Positions 18,400 to 27,946 of a stretch of 64,000 nucleotides of DNA are shown here, in pieces. The notes beneath the pieces were generated by a model that searched no databases, was not told where the DNA came from, and was given only the letters and a program-made list of their open reading frames with translations. A program made the translations under genes and the position numbers. The stretch is from Candidatus Sumerlaeaceae bacterium. Lineage in GTDB: Bacteria > Sumerlaeota > Sumerlaeia > Sumerlaeales > Sumerlaeaceae. Location: assembly GCA_049968255.1 (NCBI GenBank), contig JBMFRB010000007.1, forward strand, positions 1 through 64,000, read 5' to 3'. The stretch's first letter is position 1; each line of letters starts with the position of its first letter.

Positions 18400-19605
18400 T
18401 TATTGTGGTGCGCTGCCGGAGGTCTGTTTATCGTCCGGCCAGCCGACACTTCCCACGGAGCGTGGAAAAGGCGGTAGGTCACGCACAAGCTTTGGCTTAA
18501 AACCTTTCGGAGGACAAATCACCATGCCGACGCCACCTTTGTTGCGCATCCAAATCTTTTCGAAATCGGGAAGCAGCCATTGGACGAGGTGGCCGCGATT
18601 GTCATTTTCGATGGCGGAGTCCACGACTACGACTCGGTTGTCATCGGTCACACCGCAGAAAGCAACAATATGGCCTGACATTCGCTCGTAAGGCGGAGCT
18701 AGATACTCATCATTTTTTGGCATAGTGATGGAACACAGGATGATTTTGTTCTGCGCGATGGTGTCGCGAACCTTGTCCCAATTACGGAAGCGGTCGAGAT
18801 ACGCGTCGACGCCGTGTTCGATTGCCGCGCCGATTGTTCGGGGCCAGATACCGAACGATTCGTATTCGGGATCAGTGGTCCAGCAAATAATGAGTTCGAG
18901 CGGGACCGTCGTGCCAAAATATTGAAGCGCCGACGCGAGAGCAGCAGATTGACAGCGGTCGATGAGCTTGTTGCCTGCAGTATCGCGCTGGAGCCGAAGG
19001 GGAACATCGTGGATAAGCGAGGGAGCCGTGGAGGACTTCGCAGGGTCGGCAAACTCAGCGAGTAACTTTGCGTCAGGGCTGTTTGCAGTGAGGATGATGC
19101 CAAGCCCTGGTTTGGTCGAAAGTGGCTTCTTTCCGTCGTCTTCGAGTTTGAATCTGAAACTGATTGCTGCCGTCGTCAGAAGCAATTGATCGTAGTCGAG
19201 CTTACCGCGATCAAACCGCGGAATTTCACGTTTTGCCACGTACGAAACATTGCCCCAATAACCGGCATAGAGCCACGGCGAAGTCTTCTTGTCTGGAAAC
19301 GTCACCTGCACATAGATTCGAAACCCCTCATCGCGGGGAATGCGAATTTTCCACCAGTAGATCATTTCATCGAACGGGAAAGCCGCGCGAATCTTGGGTG
19401 ACAGCCATGTCTGGCGATTCACTTGCCGCCACTCGGAGGGGGCGATATGATAGGCGCGATCGAGAGTGCGAGTGGTGACAATGGAATTACGCAGACGCGG
19501 CGTTGCCAGCAACGACGGAGTTGTCAGCGGGTCTGCACAAAGCAGAGATGCACAAAGAGAGAAAAAGACGAAGCTAAAAAGGTTTTTCTGATGCATACTC
19601 GACAT
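18400..19605 (-). CDS. Exported C39-like cysteine peptidase family protein
   Basis: Signal peptide (LFSFVFFSLCASLLCA); Q...RCQSAALASAL, GHIVAFCG, VVVVDS. The ORF-track N-terminal extension is antisense to the CDF gene and was discarded. Confidence 0.75.
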   Translation of the reverse strand: MSSMHQKNLFSFVFFSLCASLLCADPLTTPSLLATPRLRNSIVTTRTLDRAYHIAPSEWRQVNRQTWLSPKIRAAFPFDEMIYWWKIRIPRDEGFRIYVQVTFPDKKTSPWLYAGYWGNVSYVAKREIPRFDRGKLDYDQLLLTTAAISFRFKLEDDGKKPLSTKPGLGIILTANSPDAKLLAEFADPAKSSTAPSLIHDVPLRLQRDTAGNKLIDRCQSAALASALQYFGTTVPLELIICWTTDPEYESFGIWPRTIGAAIEHGVDAYLDRFRNWDKVRDTIAQNKIILCSITMPKNDEYLAPPYERMSGHIVAFCGVTDDNRVVVVDSAIENDNRGHLVQWLLPDFEKIWMRNKGGVGMVICPPKGFKPKLVRDLPPFPRSVGSVGWPDDKQTSGSAPQ

Positions 19606-19800
19606 TGGCCAGAACTCCTGACATGGATTCTGACTAGCGTGGCCCTGCGCAATTGCCCTGCCAAGGGAAATTTGGGCTAGGCCGGCGCTGTGGATGGAAC
19701 ACGCTGGAATCCGACGGCTTGATAACAAACTTGGGATTGACAGATAAGCGGGTGCACTGAAGCTCGGCCGCGTAATGCTTGAACGAATGAGGAACGCGCC

Positions 19801-20784
19801 TTGCCAGAGGGAACTTATAATCCGGGAGTGGAAGAACGCAACCGCGCGGTGATTCGCGTCATCTGGGTAACACTTGTGCTCAATTGGACGATCGCAGCAA
19901 TCAAGATAGGCGTGGGAGTCGTCGGCGCAAGCATGACCGTTCTGGCGGATGGGCTTCACGCCATTATTGACGGCACAAATAACATTCTCGGCATCGTGGC
20001 CATGCGTCTTGCGAGTGCGCCAGCTGACGAAGACCACCCTTATGGTCATCACAAGTTTGAAAACGTGGCGGCCATGATTATTGGCGGCCTGATTTTCGTT
20101 ATCGGGTGGGAAATCAGCAAAGAAGTCTTCGTGAAAGTCGCACAGTTTTGTAGGGGGACGCCTTTGCAGAGTGAGGCAAGCGGCCCGCATTTTGAGTGGA
20201 GCTATGTGGCGCTACTGCTGGGGACGTTAGCAGCGAATATGGCTATTTCCACATATGAGTGGCGTACGGGAAAAAGACTTCAGAGCTCCTTCCTCACGGC
20301 AGATGCCATGCACACACGCTCCGACGTTGTCGTCACAGCGATGGGTCTCGTTTCTCTGTGCCTTGGCAGCCGATATTGGTGGCTCGATCTTCTGCTGGCT
20401 GTTGTGGTCGTGGGATTTATTTTTTACGCAGGTTGGTGTATCATGCGTGAAAACATGGACGTGTTCACGGACCGTGTGCGGCTGAATCCTCAGGAGGTAC
20501 GGGAGATTGTTGATCGGGTGCCCGGTGTCCTCAATACGCATGCCATTCGCAGTCATGGCACAGCAACGTCGGTTCATTTGGACCTGCACATTGTGATTTC
20601 CGAACACACCACAGCCAAAGAAGCGGAAGCTATTGAAAGCGAAGTGCGCAAAACGCTTCTGAAGCACTTTCCCAACGTCAGTTTCGTAAGCATCCATCAC
20701 CAAACCTACCCTCACGATGAATCGCTTCCACTCTGGGAGGATAACCCAAAACACAGTTTGGCCAACGAAACGGGTGAGCAGTAA
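19801..20784 (+). CDS. Cation diffusion facilitator family transporter (FieF-like)
   Basis: ADGLHAIID, PADEDHPYGHHKFE, ADAMHTRSD, C-terminal dimerization domain; TTG start. Confidence 0.92.
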   Translation: MPEGTYNPGVEERNRAVIRVIWVTLVLNWTIAAIKIGVGVVGASMTVLADGLHAIIDGTNNILGIVAMRLASAPADEDHPYGHHKFENVAAMIIGGLIFVIGWEISKEVFVKVAQFCRGTPLQSEASGPHFEWSYVALLLGTLAANMAISTYEWRTGKRLQSSFLTADAMHTRSDVVVTAMGLVSLCLGSRYWWLDLLLAVVVVGFIFYAGWCIMRENMDVFTDRVRLNPQEVREIVDRVPGVLNTHAIRSHGTATSVHLDLHIVISEHTTAKEAEAIESEVRKTLLKHFPNVSFVSIHHQTYPHDESLPLWEDNPKHSLANETGEQ

Positions 20785-20933
20785 TCGTTTGGAGACGTGG
20801 ATTGATGGATTCTTTGTACCGTGCCAGGGATGCCGGGCGCCAGTTTTTCGGGCAATAGTCGCCCAGCCCGCTTCTCTGAGGCGAGAAAAATAGACACAGT
20901 AGACACAGTGGAATTTCATCTGGCGGGAGCGAC

Positions 20934-21344
20934 ATGCTAAAAAAAGTACAAATTCACGTGTTTCGCCGCATAGAGCGGCAGAGGCCTCCGCTTTTTCTCG
21001 CCCTCCAAAGGACGCCCGACAGAAATTCTCTTTGGCAGCCCGTGACGGGAAAGGTCGAAGAAGGCGAAGAGTTTGACGAGGCCGCGCAGCGAGAGCTCTT
21101 CGAAGAGACGGGGCTAGCACCGAGCGGAATATTTGCGAGCGTTGGCGAGGTGCGATTTACGAAAGGTGATCAGCAAGTTGTAGAGAAGATTTTTGCCTGC
21201 GAAGTTGGAAAGGACCATGTTCGGATGTCCAGTGAGCACAGCGCTTATGAATGGTTGCCAGCAGAGAAGGCGAGAGAAAAATTTTATTACGAGAGCAACC
21301 GTTACGGGCTCGATCTGGTGCTCGAGGAGTTAAAAAAATTATGA
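20934..21344 (+). CDS. NUDIX hydrolase (NudB-like)
   Basis: WQPVTGKVEEGEEFDEAAQRELFEETG, SSEHSAYEWL; GGGAG RBS. Confidence 0.87.
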   Translation: MLKKVQIHVFRRIERQRPPLFLALQRTPDRNSLWQPVTGKVEEGEEFDEAAQRELFEETGLAPSGIFASVGEVRFTKGDQQVVEKIFACEVGKDHVRMSSEHSAYEWLPAEKAREKFYYESNRYGLDLVLEELKKL

Positions 21345-22147
21345 CGATAGCTTCGATTCCAGTGCTCATCAGTGGTGCCCTCGGCCGCATGGGCACTGCG
21401 ATTGTGCAAGCACTTGAGTACTTTCCCGATATTGAGCTGGTAGGGGCGATTGACTCTGTGGAAAAACTGGCGGGGCGAAGTGCCTTGGTCCTGGGAGGGA
21501 AAGAAGTTCCCGCAGCATCGCATTTTGCGGAGATGAGAATTCCTTCTGGGAGCGTGGTGATTGATTTTAGCAATCCTATTGTCACGCGCGAGCTGGCTCA
21601 GCATGGCGCGCACCTCGGTGCGAAGCTTGTCGTAGGGACGACAGGATTAAGCGATTCAGACCAAGCACTGCTTTACGAGGCTAGCCAAACAACAGCAGTC
21701 CTCGTGTCGTCCAATATGAGCACAGGCATTCAGGTGCTGTTGGCAGTGGTGGAAGAGTTGGCGCGGCGGCTGCCGGACTTTGATATTGAGGTGGTGGAGA
21801 TGCATCACCGTCGCAAGAAGGATTCGCCGAGTGGGACTGCGCTGTCGCTGGCGGAGGCCGCGGCCTGTGCGCGAGGGCAAACGCTTAGCGACGTGGCAAG
21901 GCACGGGCGCCATGGCATCGTAGGCGAGCGTAAAGCCGAGGAAATCGGGCTCCATGCGGTGCGCGGTGGGGATATTGTGGGTGAGCATATCGTCGTGCTG
22001 GCTGGCGAGGGTGAGCATCTTGAGCTGCGCCACAGCGCCCACAGCCGCTTGACGTTTGCGATGGGAGCTTTGCGAGCGGCGCGGTTTCTAGCCGATAAAA
22101 CACGCGGATTTTTCACGATGCGCGATGTGATTGGCGCGAAGGGATAA
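21341..22147 (+). CDS. dapB: 4-hydroxy-tetrahydrodipicolinate reductase
   Basis: GALGRMG, IDFS, VGTTG, EMHHRRKKDSPSGTA, VRGGDIVGEH; ATGA overlap with the NUDIX gene. Confidence 0.96.
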   Translation: MTIASIPVLISGALGRMGTAIVQALEYFPDIELVGAIDSVEKLAGRSALVLGGKEVPAASHFAEMRIPSGSVVIDFSNPIVTRELAQHGAHLGAKLVVGTTGLSDSDQALLYEASQTTAVLVSSNMSTGIQVLLAVVEELARRLPDFDIEVVEMHHRRKKDSPSGTALSLAEAAACARGQTLSDVARHGRHGIVGERKAEEIGLHAVRGGDIVGEHIVVLAGEGEHLELRHSAHSRLTFAMGALRAARFLADKTRGFFTMRDVIGAKG

Positions 22148-22175
22148 ACTGTTGGGCAACACTGGCCTCCGCGGC

Positions 22176-24182
22176 TTATTCGCGGCCAGACCGACGAACC
22201 TTTAGCGTCAGGCGTTCTCGTCCGCCGATTTCGTAGCTCGTGAGAAGACGTTCGTCCAAAAGGAAATTTCCTCGCACCGATGCGTAATGTCCAGCTTCGG
22301 TCGTGGATTCCAACGTGGAGATCACGCTTGACGGCAGCCGCGAGAGTTCTTGGCCGCGAACCGACGATCCGGTGTCGGAATCGAGGAGCACAATGTAGAT
22401 CGAGTTGCGAGGAAATGACCGCCGAATCTGCTCGACGAGGCTCGCGTAGTCGCGAATTTGAGCGGTGGCAGGGTTGCGCTGGGAGTCAAGCGCTTCGCGT
22501 CCGACGGAATTAGTCACCACAAGTTCGTAGTCGCCATCAGGGAGATCGGGCGGCAATCCAAATTCATGTACGCCCTTTTCGATAGGCTTGCGATAGGGCT
22601 CGAGTTCCCAAAAAATGCGGACCACCTCACCCGGCCGGTAAACACGTTTCTCGGCGGTGAGAGCGCGGAGCTGGGCTTCGGGATAGCGGGCATGGAGCGT
22701 GGCATGAAAGTCGAGTCGCGCAGGCGACACGCGTTTGTAGGGATTGGTCGTGAACATGCCTAGCTCGGAGCCGACCGCAATTCCGGCTGTGCCGCCGCCA
22801 TACTGATCGACGAAATAATCTTCTTTTGTGATGGACGTGCCGTCGTCCAATGCAATCGTATAGCGAAACTCGACTGCTGTTTCGCCGGCAGAACGCCCGG
22901 CCGCGCCAAGGGACTCGGTCAGGGCGATGATCGCGAGGGAGGGGCCCCACAATTTGTCGCTCCAAGCCCGATAAGTAAATTCACGGCGGCCGCGGTACTC
23001 CTTGTCTTGCACGACGACATGGATGGGAAACATTCGGCCATGAGATCCGAACATGCCGCCAACAGCGGGAAGCCGATCCTGGCGAATTGTCCCGATCTGG
23101 CCGAGAGACTCGCCGAGTTTGAAAGGGCGAGCCAGGTTTCGAACGATGGAATGAATTCGTGCTGCCGCCATCGGATAGCGTACGACGCCGTATTCAAACA
23201 TGGGATGGCCGAAGGCTAGAAGCTTTTGGCCTGAGCGATAAGTTATGGTTCCAATGCCGGCCAGAGCGAGATCGCCTTCGAGGAGAGGCACAGCCAGTGC
23301 GTAACCGCCCTGTAGCTCAGCGACGAGCGCTGAAGTGAGCCCATCGTTGGCATCGGTAGTGTTCGCTTCCGGCTTCTGGGAGACGGAGACGCTGGAACCG
23401 CCTGCTCCCGCAAGGCTATACACAGGAGCACTGGGACAAACAGCGCGCAGGGCAGACATTGCAAGAGGTGAAGAGAAAGACGCGAAGAGGGGCGCAGCCA
23501 TGGGCTCGAGCTGAAATGTTTCCGGCAATGTGACTGCTGCTTGGGGAGAAAGAGTGAATTCCGATTTTTTCCACTCACTTCTGGGCGAAATCGCTGATGG
23601 CAGGAGAGGTCGCAGCTCGAGCGTACGGCGCATTTCGCTAAACGCATCAAAGGCCTGGGACTTGCCGGTGAGATCGTCTGGATCGCGAAGATTCTCTGAG
23701 GTGGCTTCGAGGACACGCAACATATGTTCAATTGGGGTCACGCCGGCGAGTGGTTCTTTGGAAAAAGTCCATCCGTAGGCCACAGCACCAATAAGTTTAC
23801 CGTCGATGAAAACAGGGCTCCCGCTCATTCCCGCCACGACACCGATATCCTGGAGCAAGGGATGCGAGAGCTTGCAGAGAATCATATCTTCACCCGGAAA
23901 AGCGTGGTGGCGCACGCCGACAACTTCTGCTTCAAAGCGTTCGGGCTTGGTGCCTTGAAAAACGGTAAGCCCGTAGCCTTTCATGCCGGGCTTGAGATCG
24001 GAGGCGCGTAGCATACGGCTCTCATCAAACAGGAGACTTCCCGTTGTGTCGGCGCCGAGGACAATCCCTGACACGAGACAAGCAAGCCCAGCGAGCAATG
24101 CGAGCAGTGTCGGGCGGAAAAAGTGGTCAGGCGCGATCCACATGTTCCATCTCAGAAACATTTTCGGAAATACTTTCGTCAT
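22176..24182 (-). CDS. SpoIVB peptidase S55 domain protein (long, exported form)
   Basis: GMKGYGLTVFQG, GVVAGMSGSPVFIDGKLIGAVAYG, GIGTITY...AFGHPMF; hydrophobic N-terminal segment; start uncertain. Confidence 0.88.
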   Translation of the reverse strand: MTKVFPKMFLRWNMWIAPDHFFRPTLLALLAGLACLVSGIVLGADTTGSLLFDESRMLRASDLKPGMKGYGLTVFQGTKPERFEAEVVGVRHHAFPGEDMILCKLSHPLLQDIGVVAGMSGSPVFIDGKLIGAVAYGWTFSKEPLAGVTPIEHMLRVLEATSENLRDPDDLTGKSQAFDAFSEMRRTLELRPLLPSAISPRSEWKKSEFTLSPQAAVTLPETFQLEPMAAPLFASFSSPLAMSALRAVCPSAPVYSLAGAGGSSVSVSQKPEANTTDANDGLTSALVAELQGGYALAVPLLEGDLALAGIGTITYRSGQKLLAFGHPMFEYGVVRYPMAAARIHSIVRNLARPFKLGESLGQIGTIRQDRLPAVGGMFGSHGRMFPIHVVVQDKEYRGRREFTYRAWSDKLWGPSLAIIALTESLGAAGRSAGETAVEFRYTIALDDGTSITKEDYFVDQYGGGTAGIAVGSELGMFTTNPYKRVSPARLDFHATLHARYPEAQLRALTAEKRVYRPGEVVRIFWELEPYRKPIEKGVHEFGLPPDLPDGDYELVVTNSVGREALDSQRNPATAQIRDYASLVEQIRRSFPRNSIYIVLLDSDTGSSVRGQELSRLPSSVISTLESTTEAGHYASVRGNFLLDERLLTSYEIGGRERLTLKVRRSGRE

Positions 24183-24441
24183 TTTCTCACCACGAATTTT
24201 CGGTTCGATGCTACGGCCACATTTTTCAAAAGCAACCAAACATGTTATGGGAGATTTTTCTTACATTGTGAGAAATAGTGCACAGGCGTCAATGACAACA
24301 CTTGCAAGTTATGACGGAGAGTTCAGTGCGTAACTTATGACTCGGCAATTGTTCATAATCCACTGCTCGGGTAGAGATGATGCGGCCTGAGGCTTGCTGA
24401 GATAGGGACAGTTTTCAAAACAGCATGTGGAGCGGACTCCC

Positions 24442-25281
24442 ATGAAAGCTCATTTGAGAGACGAACTCAGTCCCTATCTCGTGGAAGTGGCAAGGCGCCC
24501 TGTCCTGACGCATAAACAGGAGATGGAGCTTTTCAGGCGACTTGAGCAGGGGGACCGCAGTGCGCGCGAAGCCATTATCGAGGCAAACTTGCGCTTTGTC
24601 ATCAAAATTGCCCTTCAGTATGTGGGGCGAGGGGTTCCGCTCGCTGACCTTGTGCAGGAAGGTAACATTGGCCTGATTGAAGTAGTTGACAAATTCGACT
24701 GGCGCAAGGGCTACCGGTTTTCGACCTATGCAGCGTTTTGGATTCGGCAGGCAATAGAGGTGGCGGTGCGCAAGCAGTGCAACATGATTCGCATCCCTAT
24801 TCGCAAAAGCCGTCTGCTGGGGCACGTGACCGAGGCGGTGCGCGAATTTACGCAGGCGCATGGACGACGGCCTACGCCACGCGAGCTTGCAACGATTCTG
24901 GGTGTGGACGAAGATAAGCTCGAGCAACTTCTGAAGGTCCGCGAGGCGGTGCTTTCGCTTGACGCATGTGAGGAGGACGAGGATGAACCCGCACAGCTTC
25001 TCAATCGAATCGGCGATGAGCGCGCGGTGGATCCTGTCGATGCGTGCATGGCGCGCGAGCGTCGTGCACTGGTGCGCTCAGCGCTAGAAACCTTGCCCCC
25101 GCGAGAGCAGAAGGTCCTGAGGCTGCGCTTCGGCATTGACGGCGACGAGGATGGGCAGAGTCTGCGCGCGGCAAGCAAAGAATTAGGGCTCAGCCAGGAG
25201 GGTGTTCGGCGCATTGAACAGAAGGCATTGAATCACCTCCGGCGCAGCGCTGCCGGACAGATGCTGCAGGGATTGCTTTAG
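24442..25281 (+). CDS. Alternative sigma-70 family factor, RpoD/RpoS-like, lacking region 1.1
   Basis: Region 1.2 YLVEVARRPVLT, ANLRFV, DLVQEGNIGL, FSTYAAFWIRQAI, region 4 HTH; GGAG RBS before ATG 24442. Confidence 0.92.
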   Translation: MKAHLRDELSPYLVEVARRPVLTHKQEMELFRRLEQGDRSAREAIIEANLRFVIKIALQYVGRGVPLADLVQEGNIGLIEVVDKFDWRKGYRFSTYAAFWIRQAIEVAVRKQCNMIRIPIRKSRLLGHVTEAVREFTQAHGRRPTPRELATILGVDEDKLEQLLKVREAVLSLDACEEDEDEPAQLLNRIGDERAVDPVDACMARERRALVRSALETLPPREQKVLRLRFGIDGDEDGQSLRAASKELGLSQEGVRRIEQKALNHLRRSAAGQMLQGLL

Positions 25282-25352
25282 GTGCCGCGCTTGCGCCATA
25301 GGTTATAGGGAATCCGGCGAGTCTTCCATTGGGGCGAGTATGGGCGCCAGGC

Positions 25353-26981
25353 TCATTTGAGGGTGATAGCAATGTCCGTGTTGCCAGAATGATAAACCCT
25401 GAGCTGCGCAGATGGAAGTTGATCCGCGCGTCCTACCAAGTATTCTCTTGGCTCAAGTTCTACTTGAAATGATCCATCTAAAGCACATTTTGTGAATGTT
25501 TTAGGACCAATCGCACCGCGTGGGACGAAATAGAGGAGTCCGCCCCACGGCTCTCCTCCTGCGAGGCGTGCCACACCACGCACCTCCACGGTGGGCTGGA
25601 AGCTAACACTGACATTTTGCACACCTCGCTCGGGAATAACGATCTCTTGTTGCTTTTGACGGTTAGGATTCGCGGCAAGCGACACAATGAGATTGAAGCG
25701 GCCCGGGAGGAGGTTTTCGATGATAACCTGTCCAGAGCCATCGGTTTCAGCAAACCGGGTGCCAAGCGCTGTTTGGGAAGGCGCAATGGCGAAGAGCACA
25801 ATCTTTGCTGGAGCGGGAAGCCCATCCGGCCCTATGACGCGCAAACGAAGGGCAGGGGCTCCGGCAGTGAGATAATAGACAGGTTCTTCGGCTTGTTCAA
25901 CGCCCGCCGAGATTGTCACCTCATCCACGACCTGGGTCGTGTATCCGTCAGCAGCAATGGTGAGAACATACACGCTTGGTACGACCTTCTCGAAAACGAA
26001 TCGGCCCTCACTGTCAGTGATTGTTTGATAAGTTAGGTTCTTAGCTAAGTGCGCCTCGGGTAATTTCTGAAGGGAAAGCGAGACGTGAGCACCTGCAATA
26101 GGCTGCAGGTCAGATTTCGAGAGAACCCGTCCGGAGAAACGATGGCGACTGCCGAGAACGATAGTGGCCACGGCTTGGCCAGTGCGGTTTAGGCTGAAGG
26201 GATCACTTTCGGCATACTCGTCAGAGGCAACGAGGGCAATCTTGTAAATGCCGGCGGGGTAACCACGGAGAACGTATCTCCCTTGCTGGATCGTAGCTTC
26301 TTCAGCACCGATTGTTACAAATTTTCCGGCAAGAGATGGAATTTCGTGGGAACGGGGGGGCGCGAGGTCGCTGACTGCTTCCCGTCGCAAAACATAAATC
26401 GTTGCTGGACCTGCATACCGGTCGAGCGCGCCATCGGGTCGAGTGGTTAAGACCTGGAGTTCACAAGACGCAAGTGGTTCGAGGACGAGTTCCACGAAAC
26501 GGGTAGAAAGCAAATCTTCGCGCGACAGTTCTGCAGGGGCGTAGCCTTCCCGCTCTGCGCGGAGGGAGTCGAAGGTTTCTCCTTCGCGGCATTCAATGGC
26601 AAATTGTCCGTCCTGATCGGCAACCGTTCTGAAGTGATCAGTTTGGGGTTCGGATGACCCAATTTTGGTGACATAGGCGACAATCTCCACGCCGGGTATG
26701 GCGTTGTGCTCTGGGTCCAGGCAAAGTCCACGCAGTACACGACTCGGCGCTGGAGCGGCTGGGCTAGGCGAATGGGCAGCATGAACGACCACCGGGGTGC
26801 TTTCGCGAGGGAGCGTTTGCTCTTTTGTCCGCAATGCTGCGGATTCAGCAGGAGGTGTCACTTGAGTGACTTGAGTGACGCGCTCAAGCTTCCGGATGAG
26901 CCTTCTGTTCTCAAGATACATAAAGGTTGCTAGTGTAAGAACTGCAGCAATAACGATCCATGGTGCATATTTATGCATCAT
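25353..26981 (-). CDS. Membrane-anchored protein with repeated carboxypeptidase-regulatory-like beta-sandwich domains
   Basis: N-terminal TM; repeated PIAGAHV / TDSEGRFVFEKV / ETDGSGQVIIENLLPGRF motifs. Confidence 0.78.
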   Translation of the reverse strand: MMHKYAPWIVIAAVLTLATFMYLENRRLIRKLERVTQVTQVTPPAESAALRTKEQTLPRESTPVVVHAAHSPSPAAPAPSRVLRGLCLDPEHNAIPGVEIVAYVTKIGSSEPQTDHFRTVADQDGQFAIECREGETFDSLRAEREGYAPAELSREDLLSTRFVELVLEPLASCELQVLTTRPDGALDRYAGPATIYVLRREAVSDLAPPRSHEIPSLAGKFVTIGAEEATIQQGRYVLRGYPAGIYKIALVASDEYAESDPFSLNRTGQAVATIVLGSRHRFSGRVLSKSDLQPIAGAHVSLSLQKLPEAHLAKNLTYQTITDSEGRFVFEKVVPSVYVLTIAADGYTTQVVDEVTISAGVEQAEEPVYYLTAGAPALRLRVIGPDGLPAPAKIVLFAIAPSQTALGTRFAETDGSGQVIIENLLPGRFNLIVSLAANPNRQKQQEIVIPERGVQNVSVSFQPTVEVRGVARLAGGEPWGGLLYFVPRGAIGPKTFTKCALDGSFQVELEPREYLVGRADQLPSAQLRVYHSGNTDIAITLK

Positions 26982-27944
26982 TTAGCGAACAGAGTACATT
27001 GCCTTAAGTCGCGCCTGAGTAGCAGCGTAGAGCAAAGGCAGCATGATTTCATGGTGGCCAGTAAGGGAAATTGGCGTGCCGCCCGTTTTCGTCGGTCGAA
27101 GCAAAACGTTGTTCATCGGACGATAGTGTTGGATCATATCCATATTAATGGCGGTGAAGTTGCGCACGGGGTAACCAAGATTACGCGCGACGGTCAGGGC
27201 TTTCAGGAAAACCTCGGGCAGGATGACCGCACTACCGCAGTTTATGATGACCCCTCCGTCGTTGAGGGTGGTGACTGCAGCCGCGAAGAGACGAAAATCG
27301 CGCATCGTGCCAGCGCCAAGTGCCTCACCATTGCAGGTAGGATGCTGATGGATCGTGTCTGTGCCGATGGCCACGTGCACGGTGGTTGGGATGCCGAGGC
27401 GGTGGGCGTTGGCGAGAATGCTGGCCCAGACGTATCGAGGAGCCATGTGCCGCAGTCCGCGGCCAAGCGCTTCCCCGAGCCCGAGGCCATAGCGAAGGCA
27501 TTCGAGGATGAAACGATTCATCTCGACCGCAGTTTCCTCGACCATCCCAAACATTCCCGTCTCAAGCCCCTTTTCTACATCTTCGCTCGTGAAGCCGAAG
27601 CGGGCAAGCTCGTAATCATGGATGGATGCGGCGCCATTCATCGCGACAGTAGTGATGAGGCCTTCCTTCATCATGTGGACAATGAGGGGGCCGAGGCCGC
27701 ATTTCACGACGTGCCCCCCCATCATGACGATGATTCCGCGCCCGCGCAGTTTGGCCTCAGCGATTTTCTGTGCGGCGAAGACGAGCTCCTCGGCTTTGAG
27801 CAGGGAAGGTAAACAGTCAAAGAACTCGTAAAGCGGCAAATCCACATTCGGGATTTTCGCAACCCGCGAAAGGTCCACTTTCGTCGGGCGTCGCTCCACG
27901 GAGTAGGTCTTGATTTTCGAGAAATCGAGAACTGGGAGTTTCAC
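26982..27944 (-). CDS. Conserved protein with deoxyhypusine-synthase-like fold (GSU2086-like)
   Basis: KIKTYS, MGGHVVKCGL, AMNGAASIHDYE, TSEDV, HVAIGTDTIHQHP, GSAVILPEVFLKA, GHHEIM; GTG start. Confidence 0.75.
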   Translation of the reverse strand: MKLPVLDFSKIKTYSVERRPTKVDLSRVAKIPNVDLPLYEFFDCLPSLLKAEELVFAAQKIAEAKLRGRGIIVMMGGHVVKCGLGPLIVHMMKEGLITTVAMNGAASIHDYELARFGFTSEDVEKGLETGMFGMVEETAVEMNRFILECLRYGLGLGEALGRGLRHMAPRYVWASILANAHRLGIPTTVHVAIGTDTIHQHPTCNGEALGAGTMRDFRLFAAAVTTLNDGGVIINCGSAVILPEVFLKALTVARNLGYPVRNFTAINMDMIQHYRPMNNVLLRPTKTGGTPISLTGHHEIMLPLLYAATQARLKAMYSVR

Positions 27945-27946
27945 AG

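Noticed and set aside
19606-20190. 195 aa N-terminal extension of the 596 aa ORF (C39-like gene)
   Set aside because: It overlaps the CDF gene on the other strand; a signal peptide at MSSMHQK marks a better start.
26857-26879. GTCACTTGAGTGACTTGAGTGAC short repeat/palindrome
   Set aside because: In-frame 9 bp duplication encoding VTQVTQVT in a linker; no sign of independent function.
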